This document shows positions 32,951 through 44,330 of a DNA stretch of 64,000 nucleotides, piece after piece. The stretch lies in assembly GCA_030867685.1 (NCBI GenBank), contig JAQOWU010000008.1:1860001-1924000 (forward strand), given 5' to 3'. The number at the start of each line of letters is the position of its first letter. Positions within the stretch are counted from its first letter, which is position 1. A program made the position numbers and the translations under genes. The DNA comes from Wickerhamiella versatilis. Its lineage: Eukaryota. A model generated the notes under the pieces. The model made no database searches, was not told the DNA's origin, and was given only the letters and a program-made list of their open reading frames with translations.

Positions 32951-33228
32951 GCATGAGATCAAATATATTTAAAACCGGTATTTTTAGTTCTAAAAATTAA
33001 TGATGAATCCAAATATACCACTATACAGAACAGTGTCATAAAAAAGCTTTTTGCACCTGAATCGAATGAACGGACGAAAGCACGGAATAGATTAGATTAA
33101 AAACTACGAATAGAGGTCTAATTTTCGCGCACTTAGCTCGAGCACAATTTAATACAAGGAGACAGTTTTCATATTTTCAGACTTCCCTTATATTTTTCAC
33201 TTTAAAAATATTTTGTCAGCGACCAGGT

Positions 33229-35217
33229 ATGCTCATTTCGGCCGGCACTAACGCGTTGCCTCAATGTGCCAGTCGATTGGCAGAAGATTTTGTTATTTAT
33301 GCATCCGGTGAACTGCTCGTACTATGGAGACTTAGTGGAAGATTAGAAAAAGCGACAAGTTTGGGATCACATGTCACATGTGTGGAAGCATTGTCTTCTA
33401 CTTGCGCTGTAGCAGGGACACAGAACGGCCAACTCTTTTTGGTTGATGAAGAGCTTAATATCCGTCTTTTAGAAGAATTACCTGCCAGTGTCATATGCCT
33501 AGCAGCAAGTGGAGGTATGATCTCTGCGGGAACAAGTGACGGCTTCATTACGATTTACGACAAAGAAACACAGGTGCGAAGGTTCAAGATAAATGACCGT
33601 GTGTACCCATTGGCGTTAGCAATTTGTGAGGGCGTTGTTGCTGTGGCTGGTACATCAGGATCTGTTTGGGTTTTTGAGGATGAAAAGATGGTTGAGCTCT
33701 CAGGACATGAGAACTGGGTTCATTGCCTCTCTTTCACCATCTCTGAGGGGTCTCTCATTTTAGCAAGTGGTTCACAGGATAGATATATTCGTCTTTGGCG
33801 CTTTGTGAAACCCTCTTCTCAGAAACCAGCTTTGGGTGTGAAGCAGCACTTTTTACCAAGTTGGACTGTAACCTTCGAAGCGTTACTTATGGGACATGAT
33901 GACTGGATTCTAAGTGTTCAATGGCATCCGCAAGAATTAAGACTACTATCTTCATCCAGTGATTCCACTCTAATTATTTGGGCTAATACTGAAGATGAAG
34001 AAATTTGGACACCTCAAATTAGAGTTGGAGACGCCGCAATAATGGGGGCCACTACTGCAACAGGTGCCTCTGGTGGATTTTGGACTGCTATGTGGCTTCC
34101 TGGATATATTGCTACTGTGACTCGGCAAGGATCCTGGAGAGTTTGGTCCGTCGATTCATGGGCTCCTGTATGCGCCCCTACTGGGCACACAAAGACCGTC
34201 ACCGATATTTGTTGGTTTGGCATGGACTGCGTCTTGTCGGTATCACTCGATCAGACGACGAGACTTTGGTTGCTTGCGCAAGATTCTGTACATGAAGTTA
34301 GTAGACCTCAAATTCATGGCTATGATATGATAGCAGCCTGTCCTTTGTCAAAGAGATGCGAGTTTGTTAGTGCAGGGGATGAGAAAACAATTAGGGTATT
34401 CCGCATGCCTGAGCCAACTGTAAAACTTCTTGGAAGTCTTGGTTGTAGGGACTCCTGGCCTCGAGAACTACTAGCTCCCCTTGCTGGTGTTCCCGCATTG
34501 GGGCTTTCGAATAAAGCAGAGAATGCTGACGAGCAGGACAATATCCCTCTGGGTGCATGGCCACGAGAAGACATGCTGCAGCGACAGACTCTTTGGCCGG
34601 AAGTGGAAAAGCTTTATGGACATGGTTATGAAATTCGTGCTTTGGCGGTGAATCATGGACTGAGTCTATTGGCTTCTTGTTGCAAGGCTAATACCGAAAG
34701 ACACGCAGTAATAAGACTATTCGATATCAAAGACAATTGGCGCCAACATAGTAAGCCTTTTGTTGGGCATTCTCTTACAGTAACCCGTTTGCAATTTTCT
34801 CCCGATGACCGATGGCTGCTATCTGTTGGTCGCGATCGTAAGTGGTGCCTCTTCAATTTAGAAACTTCTACTTCTGAGCTAATAAAGGAAAAGGCACATT
34901 TGAGAATAATTTGGGACTGTTGCTGGTTATCAAGTGAGGCTTTTGTGACAGTTTCCCGAGATAAAACTATCAAGAAATGGAACTGCAAAGGTGAACTGCT
35001 CGGTCAAGCTTCCTTTGATCAGTCTTTGACTGCCTGTGACTTTAATGGTAGCTTGATTGCTGTTGGCTCTGAAAACGGAGTAATTAAGATCTTATCTGCT
35101 GATTTCACGGAGCTAAAGTCTTTTACAGCGGAAGGGCGAATCAATCGACTGTCATGGAACTGCGATAGACTTGCCATAGCTAGTGATACTGCGAGAGTCG
35201 AAACTGTAAAAATATAA
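33229..35217 (+). CDS. ELP2: Elongator complex subunit Elp2 (WD40)
   Basis: GHENW, ASGSQDRYIRLW, EALLMGHDDW, SRPQIHGYD, TLWPEVEKLYGHGYE. Confidence 0.96.
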   Translation: MLISAGTNALPQCASRLAEDFVIYASGELLVLWRLSGRLEKATSLGSHVTCVEALSSTCAVAGTQNGQLFLVDEELNIRLLEELPASVICLAASGGMISAGTSDGFITIYDKETQVRRFKINDRVYPLALAICEGVVAVAGTSGSVWVFEDEKMVELSGHENWVHCLSFTISEGSLILASGSQDRYIRLWRFVKPSSQKPALGVKQHFLPSWTVTFEALLMGHDDWILSVQWHPQELRLLSSSSDSTLIIWANTEDEEIWTPQIRVGDAAIMGATTATGASGGFWTAMWLPGYIATVTRQGSWRVWSVDSWAPVCAPTGHTKTVTDICWFGMDCVLSVSLDQTTRLWLLAQDSVHEVSRPQIHGYDMIAACPLSKRCEFVSAGDEKTIRVFRMPEPTVKLLGSLGCRDSWPRELLAPLAGVPALGLSNKAENADEQDNIPLGAWPREDMLQRQTLWPEVEKLYGHGYEIRALAVNHGLSLLASCCKANTERHAVIRLFDIKDNWRQHSKPFVGHSLTVTRLQFSPDDRWLLSVGRDRKWCLFNLETSTSELIKEKAHLRIIWDCCWLSSEAFVTVSRDKTIKKWNCKGELLGQASFDQSLTACDFNGSLIAVGSENGVIKILSADFTELKSFTAEGRINRLSWNCDRLAIASDTARVETVKI

Positions 35218-35278
35218 GTGAGCAAACGTTATAATTTTTTTATAGAATTTTAGTCAAGTTGGCTATAAAAGCCACTAT

Positions 35279-37498
35279 TTAACCTTCACCAGGATGCCAA
35301 GTGTCAAACCACCTGAGATATTCGAAGTCTCTTGGCTCTCCATCCATACCGAATGCTATGGGTTTGAAGTACCAGAAGAATCCTATAGTGATTACCTCCA
35401 GAGACAAAGCAGTCAACAAGTAGGCCTTTTTGCAGGTCAATTGGTCCACAAGGAATCCTAAAATGAAAATTGCAAAATAGAGGGCTGGCATGTAGTGATG
35501 CAGATACGTCACACGTGCCATTATAACGAAAGGAGCATAGTGGAAGAACCACCCCAAGAAGGGGAGCCCTCCAGCAACAAGATAGTGCTCCAAGCTGTCC
35601 AGGGTAAAGTCATGAATACCTCGCTGCCAGCGAAGAATATATACACCTGTCAACACGACAAATAGTATTGCAGCAAGCGTAGTGAGCCAGATAGTGGATG
35701 GCGTTCCCAGCAAATAGTAACGATAGTTATCATTGCCCCACCCACACATACGAAGGCCTCGATGCACTATAGGCCACTGCCACCATGAAGATGCCAAGTC
35801 ATCGTTTTTGTCTTGATCAGGCACAAGGGCGTTATTAGATGCCATCTGCGCTACGTTTAGTTGTACGAAGTCACGCAAAAACTTTGACTTAGGCAATTCG
35901 CGGTCAGGAGCATCCGGAAGACGCGCATTCCAGTGCTGCTCGATATTCCACCAGGTATTCTTATTGCGTCGAGCAACGTTGGGAACACAGGCTACTTCAT
36001 TCTGTCGGAAACCCCACTCGGGCAACTGCTTGCCATCTGCAGACAAGTAGCATCCTAACTGCTGATGACGCAACCGGAACGATGTTGTCAAAGGATGGAG
36101 AGATTTAGGATCGTCTTTGCCGAGGGTCTCTGCAATTTCAACAACCCAATTGTCCTTTTCATCCCCAATTGTATCATTGCCATAGCCACTGACCTCCCAA
36201 GCACCTTTTGATAAGGGGGCCCTTATTTCATGAGAATGGAGGTTCCGTCCCATATTATAGTGCACAAGCCTGATGACATCACCATCTTGAACAGTCTGAA
36301 TGTCGCGGTCCATCGTATATGGTTCTTCCCAACGTGGATAATCCACAATCCACTCGTTGTTGGAATCCATATGACCATAAGTAGTTACTTGCTGCTGCTT
36401 GCTACCCTCAGGGAATGTCTGGATATGCGAGTGAAGTAGACCTCCACCCAGACCTCCATTCTTGATTGTTACTCGTGAGCCATAGGCGAGATCCAAAGGA
36501 CCCATGTCCTTGTTTTCTCCTTCCAAATTAGCCTTGAAAAGAGAACTCATAGTAGCAACACCATCTCCCGTTTTTGTTAGGAGCATGAAGTGGACCTTAA
36601 AGCACGCAATGAATATCAAGATTGGTACGACAATGAGTGCGAAAGCTCGGGCTGCGAAATGGATCACAAACTTCGTAAAAGGAAGATCACGGATTCCAAA
36701 GCGCACCCAAAGATCTGCGATGGTGTAAATACCGACGACTGTGGTAATGAAAAGTCCTACCATTTTGACCGACGTGGTTAGGCCTATGGAAGCTCCTGTA
36801 AAGACTAGCCAGAACCACCAGCCAATGCTAAAAGGCTGACGCTGCCATTGGTGAAACTTGGAGAGCCCCAAGAAAGAGGTCGTGGTAAAAAGAATTAACA
36901 TCGAGTCAAGTAGAATGAAACGAGCTAGAGCTGCCAAACTGAGCTCCAAAGTAACCATGGTGGAAACGAGCCAAACCGTGGGTAAACGGAATCCCAGGGC
37001 CTTGGCTGTGAAATATGCTGTAGGCACACTCAAGATACTGAACATAGCGTTGAATTCACGCATAGTTGTATAGTCAACCCACTCCGGGTATTTAGTACCC
37101 GACTCGAAACCAAAAGTACCGTTATAGCCAGCAATGTATCCGCTTAAACCGCACAACATTTTACCCAAGGGAGGGTGGACGTCGAAATAGTATTGGTGTT
37201 TGAGATAAAACGATCCGAATTTACCAAAATGAGCTTCATCCCATACCACGCGGTCTCCAGCCCCAATACCAGACAAGCGCACCCAAGCACCCACAAGAGT
37301 GAACAGAATAGGACCGATCACAGATTCAACTTTTCCCCAATCTTTGAACAAGGAACCGTCGACATCATCACTCGGATAGTGTGGCTTCTGCCCAGCCGTG
37401 TATGATAGTGCTTCCTTCGCTTGCTTCTCTTCAGCAATATTAACGCGTCGGTTTTTGAGACTGGCTGCCTCATGACGCTTAGAAGCCGAGGTGGACAT
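35279..37498 (-). CDS. PMT2: Dolichyl-phosphate-mannose:protein O-mannosyltransferase, PMT2 subfamily
   Basis: VVWDEAHFGKFGS, FDVHPPLGKML, MIR domains, RMCGW, RVTYLHHY; first ATG at 37498. Confidence 0.93.
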   Translation of the reverse strand: MSTSASKRHEAASLKNRRVNIAEEKQAKEALSYTAGQKPHYPSDDVDGSLFKDWGKVESVIGPILFTLVGAWVRLSGIGAGDRVVWDEAHFGKFGSFYLKHQYYFDVHPPLGKMLCGLSGYIAGYNGTFGFESGTKYPEWVDYTTMREFNAMFSILSVPTAYFTAKALGFRLPTVWLVSTMVTLELSLAALARFILLDSMLILFTTTSFLGLSKFHQWQRQPFSIGWWFWLVFTGASIGLTTSVKMVGLFITTVVGIYTIADLWVRFGIRDLPFTKFVIHFAARAFALIVVPILIFIACFKVHFMLLTKTGDGVATMSSLFKANLEGENKDMGPLDLAYGSRVTIKNGGLGGGLLHSHIQTFPEGSKQQQVTTYGHMDSNNEWIVDYPRWEEPYTMDRDIQTVQDGDVIRLVHYNMGRNLHSHEIRAPLSKGAWEVSGYGNDTIGDEKDNWVVEIAETLGKDDPKSLHPLTTSFRLRHQQLGCYLSADGKQLPEWGFRQNEVACVPNVARRNKNTWWNIEQHWNARLPDAPDRELPKSKFLRDFVQLNVAQMASNNALVPDQDKNDDLASSWWQWPIVHRGLRMCGWGNDNYRYYLLGTPSTIWLTTLAAILFVVLTGVYILRWQRGIHDFTLDSLEHYLVAGGLPFLGWFFHYAPFVIMARVTYLHHYMPALYFAIFILGFLVDQLTCKKAYLLTALSLEVITIGFFWYFKPIAFGMDGEPRDFEYLRWFDTWHPGEG

Positions 37499-37749
37499 CA
37501 CTGGTGAAATCAAACGATGTGTGACCTGTCCAATTAATCCCTGGGTTAGGTTCGTATCACGACCGTAAGTCACGTCTCACGTGAAGGGGAAACTGGGGGG
37601 AACTTACTGCTGTATCTAGAAAGCTAACTACTTCCCGACCAGGAAACTCAGGTTTGTTTGACAATTACTAGAGCTCTCTGTGATTCCAGTTTTTTTTTGG
37701 ATAAAGGATAGATATATTCACAGTGAAATTTAAATCCATACACAAAAAT

Positions 37750-37847
37750 ACGCGTTTCAGGATTAGGGGCTATGCGACGCAGTCACTAAAAGTTGTCTAC
37801 GTATATTTACCACGTCAGTCGTACGCGCTTAATCTCAGCTCGACGCG
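37750..37847. promoter_or_regulatory. Cluster of MCB-like (ACGCG) elements in the PMT2/FUN26 divergent promoter
   Basis: ACGCGT at 37750, ACGCG at 37823 and 37843. Confidence 0.35.
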
Positions 37848-38246
37848 CTACGGCCCGCAAAAAATTTGGGTTTAGTTAATCTCACTTGAGGTAGGTTTAT
37901 ACATTAAAAGTGTAGCCTACTGGAATACCAATAAAAAATGAAATTTAATCCAAAAATAGGAGCATTAATGTAAGATTTCACCGGCAGGCTATCTGTCTAC
38001 AAGCGGTTAGATTTGAGAGTGGGCAACAAGCCGAAGGGTTGCTACAACGATGTTGGCCCCTAATTATCTTGCAGCATACATATAACATTGAAGAGAAGGA
38101 AGATAAAGAAAAAAGAGAAAAGTTCTAAAATAAATCTATTATACCTGTTCTCTCTGTCTGACAGGTGTCTGGATCAGCCATTTCGCTATATCAGCATCAT
38201 TATCTTGGCTCACTAATCGTAAGGAGGTGCGGCTTGCAGTAGTTCC

Positions 38247-39377
38247 ATGACCGGCGGATACCTCACTTATTTGGCAGTCGGTGCATCATTCCTTTGGCCT
38301 TGGAATGCAATGATCACTGCGGGTGCCTTGGCCAAGCATCATCTTGCCCATAATCCTGTGCTTTTGGCTAACTACTCTAGTACTGTCATGACGATATCAA
38401 CAGTGATTGGACTAGGAATGAATATGTGGCTTGCATCTCGACCCAGAGGATATGAGTTTCGTGTCCGTTGGGGCGAGATTCTTATTGCTTTAGCGTTTTT
38501 GTGCTTTGCCATATCAGACGTCTTCAAACTCAGTGGGCCTTCTTGGTTCTGGGCCGCTATGCTTGTGACAGGAACCTCTAGTGTAGGTACAGCGCTGGTC
38601 CAGAACGGTGGTATGTCAATTACCCAACGTATTCCTGGTGGGTACCATGCACTGGCCATGATGAATGGACAAGCAGTGGCTGGAGTTGTGCCGCCCATAA
38701 TGTCCATGGTCCTTGGTACAAGCGCTTCAGTGGAGGCTATTTCAGCGCCTTTTGTGTTTGCTAGTGTCACTCTATTGGCATTGGTGGCCCTCGTAATGTT
38801 TGAAAGTAAGTCCAATGCGGAGTTCGTTCGGTTAGCCCAGCATGAGGCCGAAGACGGCGAGCCAGGACTGCCTCCAGTCAAGTTGATAGAGCTGATTTGG
38901 CGTCCAGGAACAGCAATTTTCGTTGGATTTATTGTCTCTCTATCATATCCTGTCTTTGCAAATACGATTGAGTCAAAGTCCATAACTGCTAGTGTGTGGG
39001 TACCATTGGTACACCTTGTCTGGAACAGTGGTGACCTCGCGGGAAGAATACTTTGTGAGGCTCCAAAGTTTCGTATACGGACTGATAATGGTCTTTTAAT
39101 ATATTCATTGGCTCGATCTTTGCTAATTATCGGGCTGCTGGTGCTCGCTAACTTCGGAAATCCGAGTGACTTAGTGTACCTTCTGGTTCAACTGGTGTAT
39201 GGCGTCACAGGTGGACACTTGACATCAAGTGCGATTGCGATAACCCCGACCCGGGTGCCAGTGCATTCCCAGCCCGCAGCAGGTGGTTTGATCTCTCTTG
39301 TAATTGCACTGGGCCTCACCGTAGGTGCATTTGTTAGCTTTGGAATCGTGAAATTACTCCTGTTCTGTCTAAAATAG
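38247..39377 (+). CDS. FUN26: Equilibrative nucleoside transporter (Fun26-like)
   Basis: LWPWNAMITA, MMNGQAVAGV, WNSGDLAGR, GVTGGHL; ~11 TMs. Confidence 0.88.
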   Translation: MTGGYLTYLAVGASFLWPWNAMITAGALAKHHLAHNPVLLANYSSTVMTISTVIGLGMNMWLASRPRGYEFRVRWGEILIALAFLCFAISDVFKLSGPSWFWAAMLVTGTSSVGTALVQNGGMSITQRIPGGYHALAMMNGQAVAGVVPPIMSMVLGTSASVEAISAPFVFASVTLLALVALVMFESKSNAEFVRLAQHEAEDGEPGLPPVKLIELIWRPGTAIFVGFIVSLSYPVFANTIESKSITASVWVPLVHLVWNSGDLAGRILCEAPKFRIRTDNGLLIYSLARSLLIIGLLVLANFGNPSDLVYLLVQLVYGVTGGHLTSSAIAITPTRVPVHSQPAAGGLISLVIALGLTVGAFVSFGIVKLLLFCLK

Positions 39378-39607
39378 AGCCTTTCTAGGCTGTTAAATGT
39401 ATTTTTCACTCATAAATTATGGAGGAAAAATAACATATGTAATAAAACATTTCGCAATTATGAACGATAAGACGAACACCACACATTACTAGCGTGTATG
39501 AATAGCCTCTATTAATCTTATGTTTGTGTGCTCTGCGGTCGCAGAGGGAAGAAAGGTACATTAAAATGTCTATTGAAATAAATAAGCCTACGAATAGGGC
39601 GAAAGTA

Positions 39608-42166
39608 TTAGACCTCAAGGTACTCACTGAGCACCTGTCTCGAGAGATTCATATTCCCAGAAATTGCCCAAATTAGGTGAAGGTTATACGCAGCCTCACA
39701 GGACAGATCATACATGGGTGGCACCTCCTTATGGTATTTTAAGGCCTGTTCATAGAAATCGGCAGCTTGAGTCATTAGTCCGATACCATGCAAGAATCGC
39801 CCCATATTATATAGAGCCTCTTGCTTTTCCTCGGGTGTCGTATTACGCAAAGCAAAATATTCTTGCATAAAGCTGAGGGCTTCTAATATTTGAAGCTGAC
39901 GGTTGGTACTAACTCTTTGGATAGCCCTCTGCAAATGTACTACTGCTATGGTCAGTGGAATAGCAGGGTCTTTGGGGATATACTGATAAGCACGCATTAA
40001 ATATGTCAGTGCTGGTGTGTAGGATGGACCTAGCAGCATGATATTTGCGTACATAGCATGCAACAAAGGAAACTCTTTGGTCAATTCGGACGCGCTATCC
40101 GATACTCGAGCCGCTCCCTCAATTCGCTTCTTGTAGACAGCGCTGTCAACAGCTTTAATCTGTCGTAGAAAGAATTTCTGATTATTGCTTGAACCAAAAA
40201 CTTCCTCAGCATCCTTTCCACTAGCAAGACAAACTTGGTAGAGAAGCAAAACTGTGTGGCTGAATTGATTCCGACTCCACATGTGTCGAAGCGTATTGCT
40301 GATCAAATTCGCATCCTTGCATACATGAGCGCAAGCAAGCTGAACCAAGTCTAACGTTGCTTCTTTAAAGACAGCATAAGAGGCCTGTCTTAGGGTTTTC
40401 AGAATATCAATACTCTCCGTCAACCTCCCAAGCTTTGATTGAACCAATGACAATCTCAAAAATGTGCTAAACCAAGTCTCCAAAGAGACGCCCCGAAAAA
40501 CTGCATCAGAGGGACTTTCATCAGCAGCCTCCTCCTCATTGCGTTGGGTGAATAATTTACGTGTCGAACAAAACATTTCAAAAAGTTCTAATGCTACACG
40601 TATCCATTCATTCGTGGCAACAATATTCCCAGCATCCAAGCCAGTCTCGAACCGATCCAGCGTCTCAAACATAGTCTCTGCACGTTTTTGAGCCTCTCGC
40701 TCCTGCTTTTGGCGCTCTGCCTTCGAGGGGCGATATGTGGGTGGCCTAACAGCAGTAGTCGCCGTATCAGGCACAAAAACTTCGTCCACTTCCTCCATTC
40801 GTGGCTGTGCCGCTGGGACTTGGCCTGAACGGATTGCTGCAACCCTCTCCAACGCATTACGGGCACTCGCTGGCCTGTTGGTTGCCTGATATATCTCGCC
40901 AATTCCAATAAGTGCATCAAGCTGATCGGGATTTCCGTGCAATATTTGATTATAGAGAGCCTCAGCATGGCCTATCCTGCCCAGTTGTGTATGGCACTTC
41001 GCTGCCTGGTCCAGATATGTATGGTATTCCGTGAGAGACTCAAGTGGTATTTCTGAAAGGGCATCGTAGAGTGTTAGTGCCTCTTCATATCGATGTGCTT
41101 GGAAAAAAGATGCCGCAGCTCTTGCATACAGATCAGCATAATCAGCCACAGGCTGGCAATTCAAGAGAATTGTCAAATGTCTCAAAGCATCACGCAAATC
41201 ACTGTCTTTTTGCTGCGCTCTCCATATCTTTAGTCGAGAAACCAATAACCAAATTCTTATATCAATTGGTAGTGGGTAATTGTCGAATTCTGTATCTGGG
41301 GCATCACCATATTCTGGCATTCCAAGCAGAAAACGAGAACCAGTTTTGGTGATATGAATTACACGATCATATTCGGCCTGGTCGAAAAGCAGCTCGGCCA
41401 ACACATTCAGATTTTGCCAATTAAGAGGAACATCTGGTGAGGTTGACTCCAAGGTCTTTTCATATATTTCAAGATACATATTGGTGGCCTCCTCAACCCT
41501 ACCAAGTTGCTTGAGGATCCGGGCCATAATAAGATACACCTGTGTTTTGACCTCGGCATCAAGTTTATCCCAAAATTTCCGCCGAAGACGATTGAGCAGT
41601 GCTAGGGCCCGTGACCACTCATTAAGCTGTTCATGAATATGTGCACGTCTTAATATTAAGACCCAGTCGTCACGTACAATACGGTTGGCGTGCTGGAAAA
41701 ATAGAGCTGCTTGCCTAAGTAGTCCCAGCTCAGTTGAACGCTCACCAATTTCTATCCAGTCATCCTTGGCTTGTTTATTTAGATGTGCAGCCATTACCTT
41801 TGCTAAAAGTGCTTTGTGTGCGTCTCCGATATCATCATATATCGCGGTCAATAGATTGTAAGCTATTCGTGCTGATCCATCGAGTGCAATGGCCTCTTCG
41901 ACTAATTGGATTGCAGTGTTATGCTCACCTGTACTAAAAGCCTGCTGGGCATGGTTTATCAATGAACTTACCTCGGGATCTAGATCCCGCTCCCGTTGTT
42001 GACCACGTCTACCTCGAGGCCTTCCTGGACCACGATTCGGCTCTCGTGTTCGCGTACGACTCTGCGAAATGAGCTCATCATCAATCGCCAAATCGTCAGG
42101 TACCTCGAAGTCTTCATCGCTTTCGCTGTCAGTAAATAGATTTGCGATGTCCTCCGCGTCAGACAT
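39608..42166 (-). CDS. TFC4: RNA polymerase III transcription factor TFIIIC TPR subunit
   Basis: LDPEV..L..A..AF, MAAHL, PIDIR, NQKFFLRQIKA.D, QEALYNMGR, EAAYNL. Confidence 0.93.
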   Translation of the reverse strand: MSDAEDIANLFTDSESDEDFEVPDDLAIDDELISQSRTRTREPNRGPGRPRGRRGQQRERDLDPEVSSLINHAQQAFSTGEHNTAIQLVEEAIALDGSARIAYNLLTAIYDDIGDAHKALLAKVMAAHLNKQAKDDWIEIGERSTELGLLRQAALFFQHANRIVRDDWVLILRRAHIHEQLNEWSRALALLNRLRRKFWDKLDAEVKTQVYLIMARILKQLGRVEEATNMYLEIYEKTLESTSPDVPLNWQNLNVLAELLFDQAEYDRVIHITKTGSRFLLGMPEYGDAPDTEFDNYPLPIDIRIWLLVSRLKIWRAQQKDSDLRDALRHLTILLNCQPVADYADLYARAAASFFQAHRYEEALTLYDALSEIPLESLTEYHTYLDQAAKCHTQLGRIGHAEALYNQILHGNPDQLDALIGIGEIYQATNRPASARNALERVAAIRSGQVPAAQPRMEEVDEVFVPDTATTAVRPPTYRPSKAERQKQEREAQKRAETMFETLDRFETGLDAGNIVATNEWIRVALELFEMFCSTRKLFTQRNEEEAADESPSDAVFRGVSLETWFSTFLRLSLVQSKLGRLTESIDILKTLRQASYAVFKEATLDLVQLACAHVCKDANLISNTLRHMWSRNQFSHTVLLLYQVCLASGKDAEEVFGSSNNQKFFLRQIKAVDSAVYKKRIEGAARVSDSASELTKEFPLLHAMYANIMLLGPSYTPALTYLMRAYQYIPKDPAIPLTIAVVHLQRAIQRVSTNRQLQILEALSFMQEYFALRNTTPEEKQEALYNMGRFLHGIGLMTQAADFYEQALKYHKEVPPMYDLSCEAAYNLHLIWAISGNMNLSRQVLSEYLEV

Positions 42167-42358
42167 TTCTATCTAGCAGCCCGCTTATGCAAGCAGGAGA
42201 GATATTCATTTATTCACTCCAATTAATGCTATCTACCTAACACGAGTCATTTTTAAAATTTGAGAGATCACATTTATTAGAATCTTCTATATTACCTCTA
42301 TTATAACAAGCTAGCATAGCCCTTTTGCTGAACTTCTTGAAGGGTCAGCTAGCTACCA

Positions 42359-43879
42359 TCAAGTTCGAACATTACTTGGCCATTTAGCCATCATAGAATC
42401 ATATGCTTCCTGTGGGGATTCTTTCAATGCGTTAACTACAGTATTTACCATAGAAGGTGAGTCTGTTCTCGGGATTGGTCCAAATAGGGTGGGATCAATG
42501 TCCGCCAGCGGCCACTGATCCTGCGTGCCCCAGTCGATTTGTCGCACAGGATTCGGTCCTTTTGTTGCATCCCAATCAAGCTTAGTACAGAGCGAATCGA
42601 AAAAAGCAACCCCAGGATCACGGAGCTGTGATCCCAGCCTGCGAATAATTTGGCGGCCCCATATGCGAGATTTCGGCGTCAATACTTGACGGCTAGCTAG
42701 ACATAAAATCATTCCTGCTGCAATAGAAATATTTGGGGCTTTTTTCATAACAGCCAACGTATGTAGCATGTGCTCCCATGTTTCAGGGTCGGGTGATATT
42801 CCATGTTGTCTCTTGAAATACCCCACAAGTCCGATATGCCAGTCAAGGCGCCGAAACCCCCAAGTACTTTTCAGCATAGCATTGAGTAAACTCACGTCAG
42901 GTTTCATGTCCTGTACATTTACCGCGTGGCTTAGAAATTTGAAAGCCATCTGGGCCCGTTGTAAAATAGGTTCCTGTCTGTTTTGCAACAGCTTGGTAAC
43001 TAACAGAATCACTGCCTCCGGTGGGAGCTTTTTGCCTTGGTCGAGTGCATATTCTAAAGCACGTTCCAGGCCATGGCTGGTACACACTATGTCAAGGCAC
43101 ATTGCTAGAGATCTACCATCGAGTGGAATTTGTCTTTTGGTCATTTCCTCTAAAACCAAGCTTTTCCCAAAACCCATGGGCGATCCCTGTAAAACCAGAT
43201 TCCAGGTAAGGGAATTCGCGGGTAACGAGTGCCGTTTCATTTCGTTCAAGACACTAATCGTGCGCAAACATGGGTTACCACCTATCAACGTTGCGGGAGC
43301 CATCGCCTGCGATCGTAGGAAATGATGCATCGTATCAGGCGTTGGTTTAATAAATACAGCATTCATATTGGATACCATTTGACGCGCTTGCTCGAGATCT
43401 CTTATACGGACAAAATATTCGATGGCTAGATTAAATGCCGAAGTATTAAGTGAATCCACCGTGCGCTCATTAGTTGGTCTCAAAACATCCCTGACAACGA
43501 TGCTTATAAGGCCTGCAGGATCAGTTAACCGCTGAGCTCCAACATATCTCCACTTGGTGATTTCGTGGATAAAATGCGTTAACGACTGCTTGCTCCATAC
43601 ACCAGGTATCGCAGGAAGCGATTTCTGCGAGCGATAACCAAGAAATTCCGAGTTCTCCGAGCGTGCTTCGGTCGGATGTATACTCAATTCATCCAAGCTA
43701 CGTATTATCGAGGATAACAGGACTCGAGTTTGACGAAGGTACTGGAGCGTATCTCTCTCCGTCCAGTTACCTTGCCATTTAAGTTTTGGATATAGTTTTG
43801 GCGCAGGATTTGGACTACCCACACCGAAAAACTCGTTCAGTTTGTGCTTTAATGGTCCGAGCTTAGCGCCATTTTTCAT
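42359..43879 (-). CDS. Mitochondrial PPR-like protein (Aep3-like)
   Basis: AFNLAIEYF, KPTPDTMHHFL, ANSLTWNLVL, KPDVSLLNAML, SPDPETW PPR-type repeats; first ATG at 43879. Confidence 0.65.
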   Translation of the reverse strand: MKNGAKLGPLKHKLNEFFGVGSPNPAPKLYPKLKWQGNWTERDTLQYLRQTRVLLSSIIRSLDELSIHPTEARSENSEFLGYRSQKSLPAIPGVWSKQSLTHFIHEITKWRYVGAQRLTDPAGLISIVVRDVLRPTNERTVDSLNTSAFNLAIEYFVRIRDLEQARQMVSNMNAVFIKPTPDTMHHFLRSQAMAPATLIGGNPCLRTISVLNEMKRHSLPANSLTWNLVLQGSPMGFGKSLVLEEMTKRQIPLDGRSLAMCLDIVCTSHGLERALEYALDQGKKLPPEAVILLVTKLLQNRQEPILQRAQMAFKFLSHAVNVQDMKPDVSLLNAMLKSTWGFRRLDWHIGLVGYFKRQHGISPDPETWEHMLHTLAVMKKAPNISIAAGMILCLASRQVLTPKSRIWGRQIIRRLGSQLRDPGVAFFDSLCTKLDWDATKGPNPVRQIDWGTQDQWPLADIDPTLFGPIPRTDSPSMVNTVVNALKESPQEAYDSMMAKWPSNVRT

Positions 43880-43925
43880 TTCATAGCCTTCACCCAATTA
43901 GTCATCCACCGGTTTATTCACAGCT

Positions 43926-44123
43926 ATGAATAGAGATTCATTTGTGCCACCCACTGCTGGAAGCAGCGGCCTGTCAAAGTCATACGGCGCAAGGTACTTG
44001 TGTGCTAGCTGTGCCTCATATGTATCTCTCTCTAAAGGTGAGCCTGTGAGATGTAAAGAGTGCGGGCACCGGGTTTTGTACAAAGAACGATCTCGCCGAG
44101 TCATTCAATTCGAGGCACGCTGA
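43926..44123 (+). CDS. RPC10: RNA polymerases I/II/III shared subunit Rpb12/ABC10alpha
   Basis: YLCASC...VRCKECGHRVLYKERSRRVIQFEAR zinc ribbon. Confidence 0.97.
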   Translation: MNRDSFVPPTAGSSGLSKSYGARYLCASCASYVSLSKGEPVRCKECGHRVLYKERSRRVIQFEAR

Positions 44124-44330
44124 GGACTGTATGAAGTTGCCAATAAACGGCAAAAAAATTTTTTATACTACGAGACTAATATGTTGTGATGTTTGAGTTT
44201 TAGGGAACATGCTAAGATTAAACTCAAAGGCCCGGCGGTATTTTGTGATTATAATATTAGAATGCAATTAAGTAGAGAGTATCATAAATCTCGTGTCATC
44301 AATGTAAATACTGATAGTCCATCTGTGAGT

